From Octopus vulgaris (Eukaryota): 64,000 nt of DNA. The stretch covers positions 13,454,001-13,518,000 of the forward strand of contig OX597843.1 in assembly GCA_951406725.2 (NCBI GenBank), in the 5' to 3' direction. Below, piece after piece: positions 60,790-64,000 of the stretch (the first letter of the stretch is position 1; each line of letters begins with the position of its first letter). The position numbers and the translations under genes are program-made. The notes under the pieces were generated by a model, which was not told the DNA's origin, ran no database searches, and saw nothing but the letters and a program-made list of their open reading frames with translations.

Positions 60790-61452
60790 ATCAGAATTTT
60801 TATTAATCATATTTCCTTTTATTTTCTTCAGTTCTGTTATCCTTGGTATTTTCCACTTTATTATATATCAATCTATTTTTTCTATCTTTATCTCTATTAC
60901 TTTCATAATTATAGACCTTATAATTACCTCATAATTACCCTCAGGGTTTAAGTTATATTCTTTATTAACTTCGTGGTCTGAATCTGTTTCTTTTCGTTAA
61001 ATTTCAGTTATTCTTTATATTCTGCTCTACTAAGTGCTGGCTTATAATCATCTTTGTTTTGTTTAAAGACTTCTTTCTCCACCGATAGGTTTGAAATATG
61101 TGACAAAACAGTTTCAACTATTTTCTCTGTTATGCTTCTAGGATGATTGCTGTTTTTATTTATGTATTTCAAGGTAGTGTTAGGTTTATTTACCTTCACT
61201 AAGACAGTGGTTTTCAACCAGGGTTCCGTGGAACCTTAGGGTTCCGCCAGTACAGTCCAGGGGTTCCGCAAGAAGTTACAAAACTGCTAAAATCGGCAGT
61301 AATTTTTAATACTCCTGTGCAGATATGTGTGCATAAGACTATTAAATTGTTGCACAGGGGTTCCTCGAGCCAGAGGAATGTTTCCTTGGGGTTCCGCTCC
61401 AGCAAAAAGTTTGAAAAGCACTGCACTAAGATCTAAATTGATATCAAGGAAA
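60790..61452 (-). mobile_element. Penelope-like element RT fragment
   Basis: FLDINLDLSEGK (spanning the MITE), then KPNTTLKYINKNSNHPRSI...ISNLS..KEVF.....YKPAL...Y, the PLE RT thumb signature. Confidence 0.75.
61205..61423. mobile_element. hAT (Charlie-type) MITE, 219 bp
   Basis: TIRs CAGTGGTTTTCAA / TTGAAAAGCACTG and a perfect 8-bp TSD CACTAAGA (61197-61204, 61424-61431) with central TA. Confidence 0.9.
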
Positions 61453-61866
61453 AACCAGAGTCCTAGTAAGTAGGAAGGCAAACAAATCATAAACCCCTTC
61501 AGGTAGATGGCCCTACTCAATCTGTAGGAAAGGTGTAGGTAGAAACTCCATAAGATGTACCCAGTGTAAGCTATGGACGCCTAAGAGGTGCAGCAACATC
61601 AAAGAAAGGTTAACGGGGAAGATAGTTTTGTGTGAGGTACATCACGAGGGCAGTAAACACCGCAGATGCTCAGAAACTGATTCTATCACATGCCACTACC
61701 CAGGTGACCAAGTCTGTAGCGTGGGTGGATGCTCAGAGTGCATTACCACTAGAATAAGAATAGCCTGGACAAAGTTCAGAAAGCTCCTACCTCTACTGGT
61801 GACAAAGTGCCTTTTACTCATCGTGAAAAGCAAATTGTATGATGCCTGCGTGTGAATTGCCATGCT
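61453..61866 (+). mobile_element. Older, degraded RTE ORF fragment including PHD-like segment
   Basis: Colinear with 62935-63385 (PSGRWP..ICRKGVGRNSIRC..CKLW...RIRIAWTKFRKLLPLLVTK). Confidence 0.8.
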
Positions 61867-61944
61867 GTACTTACTCTTTACTCTCTTTTACTTGTTTCAG
61901 TCATTTGACTGCGGCTCTGCTTCCCAAGCCTGTCTCTTTTTTCC

Positions 61945-64000
61945 GTGAGGACCAAAGACTGGAGGTGTTTCGCGTTGCAAGACAGTGTGTGAGAGAGAAT
62001 CGTGATGTGGTAGGAGAGAAGTGTGTTCGCATGGAAGATGGTTCACTTGCGCTAAATGAGGATGCAAAGAGAGAGGTTTGGAGATGCCACTATGAAAGGT
62101 TGCTGAATAAAGAAAATGAATGGGATAAAGAGAGTCTGCCGAAAGTTGACCCAACAGAGGGACCAGCTATCCGAGTTGATAGTTCCGTGGTAGCTAAGGC
62201 AATTAGAAGCATGAAGACAGGGAAAGCCCCAGGCCCATCAAGAATCACTGCAGAGATGCTCAAAATGTCTGGTAGTGTCGGCTATAGCCTAGTCACCCGT
62301 ATAGTTAATCAGGTGATACACAAAGGAGTCATACCCAATGACTGGTGTAGCAGCATAATAGTCAACTGCTACAAAGGTAAAGGTGACACCCTAGATACAA
62401 ATAACTACAGAGGTATCAAGCTGTTGGATCAGGTGATGAAGGTTACGGAGAGGGTCATAGCCCAACTAATTAGAGAGAGAGTTAGTTTAGATGAGATGCA
62501 GTTTGGGTTTGTGCCAGGAAAAAGTACTACTGATGCTATATTCCTGGTAAGGCAGCTGCAGGAGAAATACCTAGCCAAAGATAAGCCCCTGTACCTGGCT
62601 TTTGTTGACATGGAGAAAGCCTTTGACAGGGTCCCCCGATCCCTTATCTGGTGGTCAATGAGGAAACAAGAGATAGATGAATGGTTAGTGAGAGCTGTGC
62701 GGGCCATGTATAGAGACGCTGCTATTAGGGTGAGGGTTGGAAACGAGTACAGCCCCCTCCTATTTATCATAGTCCTCCAGACAATAACGGAGGAATTCAA
62801 GACAGGATGCCCTTGGGAGCTCCTCTATGCTGATGACCTTGCTCTAATTGCTGAGTCGCTATCAGAACTGGAGGAGAAGTTTCAGGTGTGGAAACAAGGA
62901 TTAGAATCGAAGGGCCTCAGAGTCAATCTAGCTAAAACCAAAGTTGTAATCAGTAGAAAGGTAGACAAATCACAAACGCCTTCAGGTAGATGGCCCTGCT
63001 CGATCTGTAGAAAAGGTGTATGTAGAAACTCTATAAGATGCACCAAGTGTAAGCTATGGACACATAAGAGGTGCAGCAATGTCAAAGGAAGGCTAACTAG
63101 GAAGATGGTTTTTGTATGTGGCAGATGCTCAGGAACAATAAACACTGAAAATGCTCTGAGACCAACTTCCGTCACTTTCCAGGGAGAAAAACTAGAAATA
63201 GTTGATAGTTTCCGTTACCTAGGTGACCAAGTCAGCAGCGGGGGCGGGTGTGCTGAAAGTGTAACTGCTAGAGTAAGAATAGCTTGGGCAAAGTTCAGAG
63301 AGCTCTTACCTCTGCTGGTGACAAAAGGCCTCTCGCACAGAGTGAAAGGCAGACTGTATGATGCGTGTGTACGAACAGCCATGCTACATGGCAGTGAAAC
63401 ATGGGCCGTGACTGCTGAGGATATGCGTAAGCTCGCAAGAAATGAAGCCAGTATGCTCTGATGGATGTGTAATGTCAGTACTCATACTCGGCAGAGTGTA
63501 AGTAGCTTGAGAGAAAAGATGGACCTAAGAAGCATCAGTTGTGGTGTGCAAGAGAGACGTTTGCGCTGGTATGGTCATGTGGCAGAATGGATGAAGATAG
63601 TTGTGTGAAAAAGTGCCACACCCTAGCTATTGAGGGAACCTGCGGAAGAGGCAGACCCAGGAAAACCTGGGACGAGGTGGTGAAGCACGACCTTCGAACT
63701 TTAGGTCTCACTGAGGAAATGACTAGAGACCGAGACCTCTGGAAGTGTGCTGTGCGCGAGAAGACCCGGCAGGACAAGTGAGTCCATAACCCGTGGCCTT
63801 CTACATGGGATGGAGCCAGCCTACGTATGCATACCTTCCCTTCTTGGGACACAAACTCTACTTGTGAAGACCTGTTGAGGCAAGTGAGGATCAGAATTGA
63901 AATCGATCAATGGAAATTGCAGATGTGTTACCAGTGCCGGTGGCATGTCGAAACTCTACTTGTGAAGACCTGTTGAGGCAAGTGAGGATCAGAATCGAAA
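61945..64000 (+). mobile_element. 5'-truncated RTE-clade LINE (RT, embedded PHD-like finger, 3' UTR running off the window)
   Basis: GKAPGP, NYRGIKLL, QFGFVPGKSTTDAI, AFVDMEKAFDRV, LLYADDL, FRYLG. The QG motif is deleted at ~62752, there is a premature stop at 63459 and a frameshift at ~63583, and the natural stop is at 63781. Confidence 0.93.

Noticed and set aside
61839-63461. Intact 540-aa functional RT gene
   Set aside because: The N-terminus is borrowed from RTE/SINE fragments, the endonuclease is absent, the QG motif is deleted, and there is a premature stop followed by a frameshift.

Overview
Animal genomic DNA made almost entirely of repeats; the AT-richness, microsatellite density and SINE/RTE families suggest a cephalopod (Octopus-like), which is an inference. 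No host protein-coding gene, rRNA, true tRNA gene or CRISPR array is supported. The centre is a ~39 kb satellite domain with two families. Satellite A has a 140-bp monomer with a strong internal hairpin (11981-30290). Satellite B has a 120/121-bp monomer (30705-51276) and switches orientation near 33980. The satellites carry insertions with readable junctions: a 22-bp GCGCATGCGC minisatellite, two RTE LINE fragments, a Helitron with a PIF1 helicase remnant, and a full-length but frameshifted CsRn1-clade Ty3/Gypsy LTR retrotransposon. The flanks are mosaics of tRNA-derived SINEs, Dong/R4, RTE, CR1 and Penelope fragments, a decayed Tigger/pogo transposase, MITEs with clear TSDs, and long micro- and minisatellites. 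I cannot claim a new biological system. The best leads are a PHD finger embedded in the RTE reverse transcriptase, a minisatellite derived from the RTE ORF end, RTE tails at an identical satellite position, and an NRF1-motif array inside the satellite.
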